From the sequence record SRR31156797_179: DNA of 64,000 bases; one strand, given 5' to 3'. Position 1 is the stretch's first letter. The number at the start of each line of letters is the position of its first letter. The position numbers and the translations under genes were made by a program. Under the pieces are notes generated by a model. The model was not told the DNA's origin and did not search any database. It was given only the letters and a program-made list of their open reading frames with translations. This document shows positions 30,188-40,377 of the stretch, one piece after another.

Positions 30188-31521
30188 TATTGTTTTCTTG
30201 ATCTGATTATTTGATTCACGTTAGATTTCCCAAGTCGTATATAATCGAGCAGTGGTCTGTATGATGGACATGTAAATGAACATGATCCACATTCGATACA
30301 ATCCATGATGCGGTCTTTTTCAGATTCATCCCACATGGTATGCTCGGCATAATTCATCAATAGGTATGGTTCTAAACCCATTGGACATGCTATAATACAT
30401 TTTCCGCAACGAATGCAAGCCTCATAGTCTTTGCGATGTGCTTCGTCGTCTTTAAAAATGAGTACTCCACTTGTTCCTTTGGTAACCGGCGCTTGAAGGT
30501 CGTTTAGCGCTTTACCCATCATAGGTCCACCGCTAACAACTTTACCAGTATCTTCCGGTAAACCACCTGCAGCATCAATGAGTTCCTGAGTTGGAGTCCC
30601 AATTCTTACCATCAGGTTACAAGGTTTTTTAACTGATTTACCCGTAACAGTAACTACACGGTCTATGAGTGGTTTATTTTTCTGTACTGCCTCGTATACT
30701 GCAAACGCAGTTCCTACGTTCTGTACAACTGCTCCCACCTCAATAGGAAGTTTACCTGAAGGAACTTCACGATTGATTACAGCTTTAATGAGTTGTTTTT
30801 CACCACCTTGTGGGTATTTAACCTTGAGGGGTACAATGTCAATTCCCGGATACTCAACGGATATTTTTTGTAATTCCTTAATGGCATCAGGTTTATTGTT
30901 CTCAATTCCAACAGCAGCCTTCTCAACACCTAAAGCTTTCATTAGAATGCGAATACCAATCATCATTTCATGCTTTTTCTCAAGCATTAAGCGATGGTCA
31001 GCAGTTAAATATGGTTCACACTCAACACCATTGATCAGTAGAATCTCAGCTTTTTTTCCATCCGGTACCATTAATTTCACATGAGTAGGAAAGGTGGCTC
31101 CACCTAATCCAACTATACCAGCAGCGTTGATACGGTCAATGATTTGTTTTTTATCAAGCGTGATCTCTTTTTTAAGTTGATCTGATTTGTCAATTGAAGG
31201 TTCCCATTCATCACCTTCAACTTTAATGATTACTGCCTGGCGGCGATAACCACTGGCATCGTATACGTCATCAATTTTTTGTACGATACCTGATACTGAA
31301 GAGTGAATATTTGCTGATACAAAACCACCGCTTTCGGCGATTACTGTACCTACTTTTACCTCATCGTTGCGTTTCACCAGTACTTTTGCCGGAGCACCAA
31401 TATGTTGTGCTACAGGAATACTTACAGTACCGGGCAGAGGTAATTGTTCTATGGCAGCACCTGCTGACAGTTTGTTCTCTGCAGGATGTACACCACCTAT
31501 TTTAAATGTCTTTAACATCAA
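30187..31521 (-). CDS. rnfC: Rnf subunit C
   Basis: QHIGAP, GLGGATFPT, NGVECEPYLTAD, YPQGGEK and two CxxCxxCxxxCP motifs. Confidence 0.96.
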   Translation of the reverse strand: MMLKTFKIGGVHPAENKLSAGAAIEQLPLPGTVSIPVAQHIGAPAKVLVKRNDEVKVGTVIAESGGFVSANIHSSVSGIVQKIDDVYDASGYRRQAVIIKVEGDEWEPSIDKSDQLKKEITLDKKQIIDRINAAGIVGLGGATFPTHVKLMVPDGKKAEILLINGVECEPYLTADHRLMLEKKHEMMIGIRILMKALGVEKAAVGIENNKPDAIKELQKISVEYPGIDIVPLKVKYPQGGEKQLIKAVINREVPSGKLPIEVGAVVQNVGTAFAVYEAVQKNKPLIDRVVTVTGKSVKKPCNLMVRIGTPTQELIDAAGGLPEDTGKVVSGGPMMGKALNDLQAPVTKGTSGVLIFKDDEAHRKDYEACIRCGKCIIACPMGLEPYLLMNYAEHTMWDESEKDRIMDCIECGSCSFTCPSYRPLLDYIRLGKSNVNQIIRSRKQ

Positions 31522-31532
31522 TACCTCCTGTA

Positions 31533-32570
31533 TTATTTGTTAGTGTTATCGTTTGATTCTTTATTGTCTTCCTTTTTAGGAGCTTCAGATTTCGGCACAT
31601 CTGTTTTAGCATCGTCTGCTTTTGGCGCTTCCTTTGGCTTCTCTTCACTTTCAACCTTTTTTTCCGGTGCAGCTTCTTTTGTGGCTGCAGCAATATTGGG
31701 TTTCGCTGCTACTGCCTCTTTGGCTTTTGCAGGATCGGCTGGTTTTGGTTTACGTGGAGGGAAATTAACTTCATGAATAGCGTTGGTTGGACATACCGGT
31801 TCACATTTTCTGCAAAGCTTGCATTTTTCGTAATCAATATATGCCAGATTGTTTTCTAGTGTAATAGCATCAAATGGACACTCTTTTACACATTTACCAC
31901 AACCAATACATGCTACGGCACAGGCTTTTTTAGCAGGAGCACCTTTATCCTGATTCACACAAGAAACGAAAACTCGGCGCTCTTTTTTTCCTACATTTCG
32001 AAGTTCTATGATATTTCTTGGACATGCCGTTACGCAAGCTCCACAGGCCACACAATTGGTTTTAATGATTGGTAAACCTGTTTCTTTATCCATATATATG
32101 GCATCGAAATCACATACTTCAACGCAATCGCCCTCGCCCAAACAACCATAAGGACAATCAGTTTCACCTGTATATAGGGAATGTGCTACAGCACATGATG
32201 ATGCCCCTTCATAAATGGTTTTTCTTTTACGATGTTCAGGTGTTCCGTTGCATTTTACAACAGCGATTTGTGGCTCTTTGGCTTCAATTTCTTTGCCAAG
32301 CACTTTTGCAACATCAGCCATCATATCGTTGCCACCAACCGGGCAATTGAAATCTGATAGATCGTCAGCTTTTACCAATGCTTCAGCAAAACCACGACAT
32401 CCGGGAAATCCACATCCACCACAGTTTGCAGCAGGTAGTATTTCCTCAACCTGATCGATTCTTGGATCTTCGTAAACCTTAAACTTTTTCGCAATAAAAA
32501 AGAGCACAATAGCTGCCACAGCTCCTAGTGCACTTAAGGTAATTACGGTGTAAATAATAATGTCACTCAT
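31533..32570 (-). CDS. rnfB: Rnf subunit B (polyferredoxin) with low-complexity C-terminal tail
   Basis: [14 protein letters not shown], several 4Fe-4S motifs, and an A/K/E/P-rich tail. Confidence 0.94.
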   Translation of the reverse strand: MSDIIIYTVITLSALGAVAAIVLFFIAKKFKVYEDPRIDQVEEILPAANCGGCGFPGCRGFAEALVKADDLSDFNCPVGGNDMMADVAKVLGKEIEAKEPQIAVVKCNGTPEHRKRKTIYEGASSCAVAHSLYTGETDCPYGCLGEGDCVEVCDFDAIYMDKETGLPIIKTNCVACGACVTACPRNIIELRNVGKKERRVFVSCVNQDKGAPAKKACAVACIGCGKCVKECPFDAITLENNLAYIDYEKCKLCRKCEPVCPTNAIHEVNFPPRKPKPADPAKAKEAVAAKPNIAAATKEAAPEKKVESEEKPKEAPKADDAKTDVPKSEAPKKEDNKESNDNTNK

Positions 32571-32574
32571 TGAT

Positions 32575-32979
32575 TTATCTATTTTTCAGGTAAAACGAAA
32601 ACTGTTTTTGTATTTTATGATTTAAAAATTTTAAAGCTATGTAATAAGGTATCAGGACTCCAAGTGAAATTAGTCCTGCTGTTACCTCAGAATGTCCGGT
32701 TTGAGTCAGTATTATAAGGGTTCCTAGAACAAGTAAAAAAGGAAGAACATAACCTAGAAATAGTGCTTTAAAACCCATACTTTCTGTCCCTGTAATTGTA
32801 ACCTTGTCACCTTCGTTGTATTGCACACCGTTGGTATATACATCAATAACTTTTTCTTTCATCTCTGAAAGATTACATTTTCCTGTAAGTTCACAGGAAG
32901 CGCATGCCGATTTGTTTAAGATTTTTACAGTGGCCCGGTTGTCAGTCGATTTAACTATCACTCCGTCGTGCTCTATCAT
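32575..32979 (-). CDS. rseC: RseC/MucC family protein
   Basis: SACASC....C, two C-terminal TM helices; first gene of the rnf operon. Confidence 0.85.
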   Translation of the reverse strand: MIEHDGVIVKSTDNRATVKILNKSACASCELTGKCNLSEMKEKVIDVYTNGVQYNEGDKVTITGTESMGFKALFLGYVLPFLLVLGTLIILTQTGHSEVTAGLISLGVLIPYYIALKFLNHKIQKQFSFYLKNR

Positions 32980-33008
32980 CTAATTCTTCTATTTGTTGAA
33001 TCTTCAGG

Positions 33009-33016
33009 CAAAAGTA
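33009..33016 (-). promoter_or_regulatory. -7 element (TACTTTTG) of the rseC-rnf operon
   Basis: TAnnTTTG match about 30 nt upstream of the rseC ATG. Confidence 0.55.
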
Positions 33017-33309
33017 GCACTGTTTTAAAAAAATATATGCTTAAGAACAGCCTTTTTGGAGTTAGTGAGGCTAATTTATTTTGAGTTTAAATAAAATGTT
33101 AATTTATGTTTAAATTGCATTATTTGAAAACCTTTGAAGGTTCAAATTGCATGTTAATTTTCTCAACAAGGTGTATTTGTAGTATTTTTTATAGAATCAA
33201 ATTTTTATTGACATATATTGTTTTAAGGCTTAACTTGCTTTCAGATAAATTGTAATAAACCTTTCAGTATAAAGATTGTTAATTTTTACGGATACATAAA
33301 AAATACATT

Positions 33310-36015
33310 ATGGTGAAAAGATTTCTACTCTTTCTGGTGCTGATTGTACCATTAGTGACTTATGGTCAAAGATTTAAGATTCCTCAACCCAATCAGAATG
33401 TAAAGGATGCCTTTAGTTTGGCTGCTTCTATTTACAGTGGGCATAGGAACAATGTTAATTTTGAAAACCGCATTAGCAATATCGCTAATATGCAAATTTC
33501 AGTATCTGATCCTTATGCTATGATTGCTGAATATAAACAGCGCTTGCAGCAATTAGAGTATGAGGCAAATCAACGTGCTCAAAGAAAAGAAGCTGAACTT
33601 AAAAAACAAATTGATTTAATCAATAAGGGTGTTACACAGGCATTAAAAGCTGCAGATGTGGATTTAGGGCCTTTAGGAAACCTGGCTAAGAATGCTGTCG
33701 CAGCAGGTGCCAAGGCAGCTGCTGTAAATAATGCCAAGAAAAAAATTGCAGCTGCCAAGGCTCAGGCGCAGAGAGAACTAGATGCGCAATTAAAATCTGC
33801 TATGGATGAGGTTTATGAAAAGGTTATTGGCGAAAATGAACAGGCTCAAAAAGAATACCTTAGTGCAGCAGCTAATGTATTTGATGAAAGAGAAGAGAAA
33901 AGATATATTGCTAATTATAAGTTTCATGCATGTGCTATAGAGTCCATGAAGAATAATTACAACTTTAAATCAACAGATTGGTTGGAAACCGGATGTCCAC
34001 AGCCTCCTCGTTCTTATGGAATTTCTAATAGTAAACCAAACGTAAATTATCGTCAAAATACAAGTAATATTGATTTTGGTAATGCCATGTCTCAAGGCAG
34101 CATGACTAAAGAGCAGCAGCTGGAACAAATTGATAAGAAGTTTAATGAATCAATGGCAAAGCTTGAAAAACTAATTGATGCTGCTACTGATCCAAGTCAA
34201 AAAATTGACTTAATGAGCATGAAACAAGAGCTTATTGACAAAACGAATCAGGAAAAAGAAAAGGTTCAGTCAGGAAATATTCAGCAAGCTGTTGCCGTAA
34301 CACAACCAGTTAGAAGAAATACGAATAATTATCAACCATACTTGGATGCTGCCAAGCGAAAGTACAATTTGTATCGTACAACCATGAATTTCCCAGAGTT
34401 TCTGGAAGCTGCTAAAATGTATGCTGAAGCTGAAATCTCTGAAAATCAAACTAATCCCGAAGCATATTCATTTTTAGGTCATATTACTGATGATATGGTT
34501 GAAAAAATGGCCATGAGTGCATTCGCTCTGTATTTGGATCGTGGTAATACACTTTACAAAAAAGAATTCGAAAATGCTCGTGATAAATTTGGCGACCAAT
34601 TATTTGCTTCGATTAAGAGTGGCGATAACAAATTTATTGATAAAGCATCATCATACAATTTATTGAAAGGTTTTTCACATAAAGGTAAATCTCCATTAAT
34701 GTATGCCATTGAGATGGATAAAAAAGATATGATTGATAAACTCAATGCAGGGACTTACAATGATGATCAAATGTTGATGCTGTGTATCGAATATGGCGGA
34801 GAGAATACTGCTAAAATGTATTTGGATAAAAAGAATTTAGCTAGTCCTGTTTATTTAGGAAACTACGATGTGTTTGGATTGGCCTCTAAATATAAAAGAG
34901 ATGCAATTACTTCATATTTGCTAGATAAATCTTATCCTGTTGAGCAGCCATTAAATAGTTTAAGGTACAGAGATAATGCTACCTATTTAGCTTCATTAAA
35001 TAGTATCATGTTTTGGAGTATTGAGAAAAATAATATCGATTATTTTAAATATGCTTCTGGTAAAACTAAAGATGCTTCAAAAGTTAAGAATGCTAATGAA
35101 TTAACTGTAATTGAGCAAATCATACAGCATGATAGAGTGCCATTCTACAATGAAATTGTAAAGCAGGGTTACAAAGTTGTTGAAGATAATGATAATGCTA
35201 CTTACCTTGAGTTTGCTATTAAAAATAATGCGGAGAGTATAGCCATTAAACTGATCGACGATGGCGTTGATGCAAAGGTTGTTCCTTCTGGTGGAGGAAG
35301 TTTAATGAATATGCTTGCCAATTATAGTGGACTAAATCAATTATTTGATCGATTGATTAAGGAAGGTGTAGATTTGAGTGCCAAAGATAATTCCGGTAAA
35401 TTACCAATGGAGATTGCTTTAAGAGGTAAGCAAGAAGAAAAAGCAAAGAAACTATTGAAAAATAATGCCTCTATTGACTTTGGATATGATGGTGGAGGAA
35501 ATCAATTGCATTGGATTATCAATAATGGTATAAGTAGTCAGTTCATACCGTTGATGGCTCAAAAGGCTCAGGTTGATCATAAAGATAGAATGGGAGATAC
35601 ACCATTAATGACTGCTTTAAAAAAGAGCAAGCAAGGACATATTTCTCAGTTGATTTCTATTGGTGCCAGTCCTGATATTATGAATAACTCTAATATCAAT
35701 CCATTAATGTATGCGATTTATAAGAAAAGTAGTTATGCAACCCAAATGGCAAGTGCCAGTAAAGATCCAAGTGTAAAAGGACAATACGGTTGGACAATAC
35801 TGCATTTTGCAGCCAAAGAAAATCAAATAGAGGTGGCTAAAATACTGATGGCTAAAGGAGCTTCACCAACAACACCCGATCAATGGAAACAAACACCATA
35901 CAGGGTGGCCAGAGATAATGGAAATAACGAGTTGGCTAAACTTATGAAAGAAAAGATGAGTTTCATGGATGTGGTGAAATCGATGCCGTTTAATGTTAAG
36001 AAAAAAGCAAGTTAA
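33310..36015 (+). CDS. Secreted coiled-coil plus ankyrin-repeat protein
   Basis: Signal peptide (TYG/Q); helical N-terminal half; ankyrin motifs GKSPLMYA, GDTPLMTA, GWTILHFAA and QTPYRVA. Confidence 0.8.
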   Translation: MVKRFLLFLVLIVPLVTYGQRFKIPQPNQNVKDAFSLAASIYSGHRNNVNFENRISNIANMQISVSDPYAMIAEYKQRLQQLEYEANQRAQRKEAELKKQIDLINKGVTQALKAADVDLGPLGNLAKNAVAAGAKAAAVNNAKKKIAAAKAQAQRELDAQLKSAMDEVYEKVIGENEQAQKEYLSAAANVFDEREEKRYIANYKFHACAIESMKNNYNFKSTDWLETGCPQPPRSYGISNSKPNVNYRQNTSNIDFGNAMSQGSMTKEQQLEQIDKKFNESMAKLEKLIDAATDPSQKIDLMSMKQELIDKTNQEKEKVQSGNIQQAVAVTQPVRRNTNNYQPYLDAAKRKYNLYRTTMNFPEFLEAAKMYAEAEISENQTNPEAYSFLGHITDDMVEKMAMSAFALYLDRGNTLYKKEFENARDKFGDQLFASIKSGDNKFIDKASSYNLLKGFSHKGKSPLMYAIEMDKKDMIDKLNAGTYNDDQMLMLCIEYGGENTAKMYLDKKNLASPVYLGNYDVFGLASKYKRDAITSYLLDKSYPVEQPLNSLRYRDNATYLASLNSIMFWSIEKNNIDYFKYASGKTKDASKVKNANELTVIEQIIQHDRVPFYNEIVKQGYKVVEDNDNATYLEFAIKNNAESIAIKLIDDGVDAKVVPSGGGSLMNMLANYSGLNQLFDRLIKEGVDLSAKDNSGKLPMEIALRGKQEEKAKKLLKNNASIDFGYDGGGNQLHWIINNGISSQFIPLMAQKAQVDHKDRMGDTPLMTALKKSKQGHISQLISIGASPDIMNNSNINPLMYAIYKKSSYATQMASASKDPSVKGQYGWTILHFAAKENQIEVAKILMAKGASPTTPDQWKQTPYRVARDNGNNELAKLMKEKMSFMDVVKSMPFNVKKKAS

Positions 36016-36027
36016 TCCCTTATTAAA

Positions 36028-36861
36028 ATGAAAATTATGAAAAAATATATAAGTATTAAACTTGCTCTAATATTTACTTTTATTATAGCAGGTATGCAAT
36101 TAAATGCTCAGATGATTCCTGAAAGCTATTTTCAACCCAAAGCTGGAGGAACACCTCAAAGTGATTTTTATGCGATTTTTTCCTATGATTTAGGAATGGT
36201 TTATGACGAGGATAATGAAAATATTGGGGAGTCAAATATAGGTCTTGAAGGTGCGAGTCTTCGATTCTTTTTCCCTAAATCTGGCGGAAAAGGTTATACT
36301 GTTGAAACAAACTACAATAAATCAGTTCAACAAGTTTACTTAAGTGAATTTGGGTTTGAGCAATTTGGCTTTGATCCTTACAGGTCAATTCTTGCTAAAA
36401 ATTTTGAGTTAAAAGCAAAATCAATTTCCAGTACTCAATGGGGTTTTGGTATTGTATACCAACGTAGAAAATATGAGGCTGGAAATGTTGAGGGTATGAC
36501 TAAAGAGGAATATTCTTTTAATGGAATTGGTTTCGAGTTATCAGTAGGTGGATATCCCGATTTAAACTATGAAAAGGGAAATTGGCCTGTGAGTTTTAAG
36601 ACAGGGATTCTTTTACAAGCGGAGTCTTTCGATAAAGAGGAACCAGGGTATTCTGCCTATGGGGAGCTTGCTTTAGAAAGAATACGTAAAAAACAAGGTG
36701 TTAGTTTGTATGCGAATATAAATGTAAGGTTTCAATTTGATAATTATTATTATGAACCTGATTGGGCTGAAGATATTATAGATTTTGGAGATATATATCC
36801 ATTGATTGACTTCAATAACTATTATTTGATACCCGGATTTAAAGTAGGGGTAATGTTTTAA
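36028..36861 (+). CDS. Putative outer-membrane beta-barrel protein
   Basis: Signal peptide (LNA/Q), amphipathic strands, C-terminal beta-signal-like GFKVGVMF. Confidence 0.65.
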   Translation: MKIMKKYISIKLALIFTFIIAGMQLNAQMIPESYFQPKAGGTPQSDFYAIFSYDLGMVYDEDNENIGESNIGLEGASLRFFFPKSGGKGYTVETNYNKSVQQVYLSEFGFEQFGFDPYRSILAKNFELKAKSISSTQWGFGIVYQRRKYEAGNVEGMTKEEYSFNGIGFELSVGGYPDLNYEKGNWPVSFKTGILLQAESFDKEEPGYSAYGELALERIRKKQGVSLYANINVRFQFDNYYYEPDWAEDIIDFGDIYPLIDFNNYYLIPGFKVGVMF

Positions 36862-36877
36862 TTAAACCGGAGAAATT

Positions 36878-37768
36878 ATGAAAAGTAAACTAATATATAT
36901 TTTAATAGGTATTACAAGTTTGTTAGCATTTCAATCTTGTTTGATGGAAGAACCAGATGATATTTATAAAGTTGATATTGATAATGGTGGCGGTGGTGGC
37001 GGTTCACAAACTGCAGATTTTTATGCCAGCTCTACATCTGTTGAACCTGGTGAAGCGGTTTATTTTACTAACACTTCAACAGATAATCCTTCTTCATATT
37101 ACTGGGATTTTGGTGATGGTAATTACAGTTTTGATGTAAATCCTATTCATACTTATTATTATGAATCAAATTTTGATGTTTCATTAACTGCTTATTATGA
37201 TGATGGAAGTGAGGATACTGAAATAAAATATGGATATATTACTGTTGCCGATGGTGGTGGCGGTGGTTCTTATTGTGAAAGCGTGGGAGGCACACAGGAT
37301 GAGTATATTCAGTCAGTGCAAATTGGAGACTGGTCATACTTTTCAGGTGATAATAGTGGTTATGCCGATTTTACAAATGAAGTTGTGTATTTGAATTCTG
37401 GTAGTTATGAGGTTTCTCTTACTCCTGGTTTTAATGGATCATCATTTACAGAGTATTGGCGAATATGGATAGATTTTAATGGTGATGGAGATTTTGAAGA
37501 TGGTGATGAATTGGTTGCCCAAGGTAGTGGAACTAGTGCTGTCTCTACAGAGTTGTTTATTTGGGGAGATTATTTTGGTACAACTCGTATGAGGATTTCG
37601 ATGAAGTACAATGAATATCCGCTTTCATGTGAGACATTTACTTATGGAGAAGTTGAAGATTATACTGTTGTTTTAAATCAAGAAAAAGGAGTAGAGATAG
37701 ATCGTAAAAAGGAAGGTCCTGCCATACTTAAACCGGTAGATGGAGATTATACAATTAAATTAAAATAG
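36878..37768 (+). CDS. Lipoprotein with PKD and GEVED domains
   Basis: Lipobox FQSC; PKD motif YYWDFGDG...NPIHTY; IWIDFNGDGDF...TRMRI...GEVEDYTV. Confidence 0.88.
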   Translation: MKSKLIYILIGITSLLAFQSCLMEEPDDIYKVDIDNGGGGGGSQTADFYASSTSVEPGEAVYFTNTSTDNPSSYYWDFGDGNYSFDVNPIHTYYYESNFDVSLTAYYDDGSEDTEIKYGYITVADGGGGGSYCESVGGTQDEYIQSVQIGDWSYFSGDNSGYADFTNEVVYLNSGSYEVSLTPGFNGSSFTEYWRIWIDFNGDGDFEDGDELVAQGSGTSAVSTELFIWGDYFGTTRMRISMKYNEYPLSCETFTYGEVEDYTVVLNQEKGVEIDRKKEGPAILKPVDGDYTIKLK

Positions 37769-37783
37769 AGTTAATTATTATTT

Positions 37784-37811
37784 AGAAGCCGTCTAAATGA
37801 CGGCTTTTTTT
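37784..37811 (+). terminator. Intrinsic terminator
   Basis: AAGCCGTC-TAAAT-GACGGCTT followed by a T-tract. Confidence 0.85.
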
Positions 37812-37938
37812 ATGTTTAGTAATTAAATTATTTAACTATTTAAATAAAAATATATATTTTCGCGGCTGATTTATAAAATATATCAGACTTATGTGTCTAA
37901 TAGATTGTTTATCAGTTTAATAGTAAATATAAAATAAA

Positions 37939-38118
37939 ATGAATATCGTAATAAACGAAGCGTATTGTCCACAAAATCATAATTGTCCGGCTACCAGAAT
38001 GTGTCCGGTTGGTGCCATTGAGCAAAAATCACCATTTCATGCACCAAGTATCAATTATGAAAAATGTACAGGTTGTGGAATATGTACAAACGTATGTAGA
38101 ACGTTTGCCAAAGCATAG
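37939..38118 (+). CDS. Small ferredoxin (59 aa), absent from the ORF track
   Basis: MNIVINEAYCPQNHNCPATRMCPVGAIEQKSPFHAPSINYEKCTGCGICTNVCRTFAKA*; CPVGAI and CxxCxxCxxxC motifs. Confidence 0.9.
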   Translation: MNIVINEAYCPQNHNCPATRMCPVGAIEQKSPFHAPSINYEKCTGCGICTNVCRTFAKA

Positions 38119-38145
38119 CAGTAGTAGTTAGGTAGTAAATTGTTG

Positions 38146-38189
38146 TCAGCTGTTTTGTCTCATTTGAGTTCAAATCAGCTGATTTTTTT
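38146..38189. terminator. Terminator-like hairpin between the ferredoxin and recG
   Basis: TCAGCTG-TTTTG...CAAA-TCAGCTGA followed by T7. Confidence 0.6.
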
Positions 38190-38190
38190 C

Positions 38191-40293
38191 TTAACTAATT
38201 TGTCGCCAATTGATTGACTTAGGATGACGCTTGTTCAGCTGATTTTTTATGGTAGAATGATTTTCAAGTTGAGGATCTTTTTTCAAAAGGCTTTCAGCTG
38301 CTCTTCTGGCTAAATATAAAATACTCTGGTCTTTTGTAATACTGGCAATTTTAAAATCATAAGGATCACCACTTTGTTGCGTGCCATCAATATTTCCCGG
38401 TCCTCGCAGTTTCATATCTTCTTCAGCAATGATAAAACCATCATTGGTTTGTGTCATGATTCCAAGCCGCTGTTTTGTATTTTGGGTTATTTTGTATGGA
38501 CTCATCAATACACAATAGGATTGTGCAGCGCCCCTTCCCACGCGACCTCTCAATTGGTGTAATTGTGAAAGGCCAAATCGTTGTGCACTTTCAATAATCA
38601 TAACCGAAGCATTGGGCACATTTACACCAACTTCAATAACCGTTGTGGCCACCATTATTTGAGCTTTTTTCTGGACAAATTCCTGCATTTTTTTTTCTTT
38701 TTCATCGGGTTTCATTTGTCCATGAACCATTACGGTATTGTATTCGGGAGGAGGAAAAGCTTTTAGAATCCTTTGGTAACCTTCTTCAAGATTTTGAAAA
38801 TCGAGCGTTTTCGACTCCTGAATTAAAGGATAAACCACATAAATTTGCCTGCCTTCAGCAATTTGTTTCCGCATAAACTTGTATAACTGAGCTCTTTTAT
38901 CTTCAAACAAATGGTGTGTTTCTATAGGTTTTCTTCCGGGTGGTAATTCATCAATTACAGATACATCCAGATCGCCGTGGACGGTTAAAGCCAGGGTTCT
39001 TGGGATTGGAGTAGCCGTCATTACCAATACATGCGGATGAATTTTATCTTTCATCCAAAGCTTAGCTCTCTGGGCAACACCAAACCGATGCTGCTCATCA
39101 ATAATTACCAGTCCCAGCTTTTTGAACTTTACTTCGTCTTCAATCAGGGCATGGGTTCCTATAAGCAAATTGATTTCACCATTACGTAGTTTCTCGTGCA
39201 GTTCTCTTCTTTCTTTTGTTTTAGATGATCCGGTGAGTAAACCTAATTTATAATCTAAATCGCCCAACATTTCCTGTAAACTTTTAAAATGCTGTTGGGC
39301 GAGTATTTCTGTTGGTGCCATTAGCGCACTTTGATAGCCATTGTCTGCAGCAATTAAAGCAATCATTAATGCTACTAATGTTTTGCCACTTCCTACATCA
39401 CCTTGTAATAAACGGTTCATTTGCAAACCGGTCTTCATATCAGCACGCATTTCCTTAATTACCTTCTTTTGCGCGTTGGTAAGTTCAAACGGTAAATGCT
39501 TTTTATAGAAGGTATTAAGAAAGTGACCAACTTTAGAAAATACAATTCCCCGGATAGCATTGTTACGTTTTATTTTCAGACGCAGTATATACATTTGAAT
39601 GAAGAAGAATTCATCGAATTTGAGCCTGAATCGCGCTTTTTCAAGTGTTTCCATATCCTCAGGGAAATGTACATGCTGTAAAGACTCGAAAAGTTGCATG
39701 AGATTGTATTCAGCGCGAAATGCATCACTAAAATGATCTTTAATTTGTGGTTTGAGATCAATTAAGAGTTGCCTGGTCAGGTTTTGAATAGTTTTAGCAG
39801 AGACTTTGTGCTTTTTAATCTTTTCTGTTAAGGGATAAACCGGTGTAAAAGGCGCAGCGTTTTTCTTTAAATATTCGTCCAAAGTTTCTATTTCCGGATG
39901 GGTAAAGTTGATTCGACCATTGAATAATGTGGGTTTTCCGAACAACACATAATCTACACCCGTTTTGATTTTATCTTTTAAAAATTTTATACCTTGAAAC
40001 CAAACACATTCAACTGTACCTGTGTTATCTGCAAATCGTGCAGTTAACCTTGCCTTGCGTCCTGCTCCGATGGTCTCATTTGACAGGAAACGACCTCTGA
40101 TTTGCACCTGAACAGGAGAGGCGGCTATTTCTTTTATTTGATAAAACTTGGAACGATCTACATAGCGAAAAGGATAATAGTGCAATAAATCTTCGAATGT
40201 TTCAAGATGTAGCTCTTCATGCAGAAGATTAGCACGCTTTTCTCCTACACCTTTAAGAAATTGTAATGGTGTATCCAGTTGCTTTATCGGCAT
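38191..40293 (-). CDS. recG: ATP-dependent DNA helicase RecG
   Basis: RLLQGDVGSGKT, DEQHRFGV, MTATPIPRTL and QLHQLRGRVGRG. Confidence 0.97.
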   Translation of the reverse strand: MPIKQLDTPLQFLKGVGEKRANLLHEELHLETFEDLLHYYPFRYVDRSKFYQIKEIAASPVQVQIRGRFLSNETIGAGRKARLTARFADNTGTVECVWFQGIKFLKDKIKTGVDYVLFGKPTLFNGRINFTHPEIETLDEYLKKNAAPFTPVYPLTEKIKKHKVSAKTIQNLTRQLLIDLKPQIKDHFSDAFRAEYNLMQLFESLQHVHFPEDMETLEKARFRLKFDEFFFIQMYILRLKIKRNNAIRGIVFSKVGHFLNTFYKKHLPFELTNAQKKVIKEMRADMKTGLQMNRLLQGDVGSGKTLVALMIALIAADNGYQSALMAPTEILAQQHFKSLQEMLGDLDYKLGLLTGSSKTKERRELHEKLRNGEINLLIGTHALIEDEVKFKKLGLVIIDEQHRFGVAQRAKLWMKDKIHPHVLVMTATPIPRTLALTVHGDLDVSVIDELPPGRKPIETHHLFEDKRAQLYKFMRKQIAEGRQIYVVYPLIQESKTLDFQNLEEGYQRILKAFPPPEYNTVMVHGQMKPDEKEKKMQEFVQKKAQIMVATTVIEVGVNVPNASVMIIESAQRFGLSQLHQLRGRVGRGAAQSYCVLMSPYKITQNTKQRLGIMTQTNDGFIIAEEDMKLRGPGNIDGTQQSGDPYDFKIASITKDQSILYLARRAAESLLKKDPQLENHSTIKNQLNKRHPKSINWRQIS

Positions 40294-40299
40294 AAAACT

Positions 40300-40376
40300 G
40301 ATCTTGGATCTTGGATATTAGGTATTAGATCCAAGATTGAATATCCAAGATCTGATGTCCAATATCCAATATCTAT
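40300..40376. repeat. Inverted array of degenerate heptamer repeats
   Basis: GATCTTG GATCTTG GATATTA GGTATTA, then ATCCAAG ATTGAAT ATCCAAG ATCTGAT GTCCAAT ATCCAAT. Confidence 0.75.
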
Positions 40377-40377
40377 T

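Noticed and set aside
31533-31760. A/K/E/P-rich tail of RnfB as a novel domain
   Set aside because: Disordered charged tails on RnfB/RnfC are common and no repeat unit is evident.
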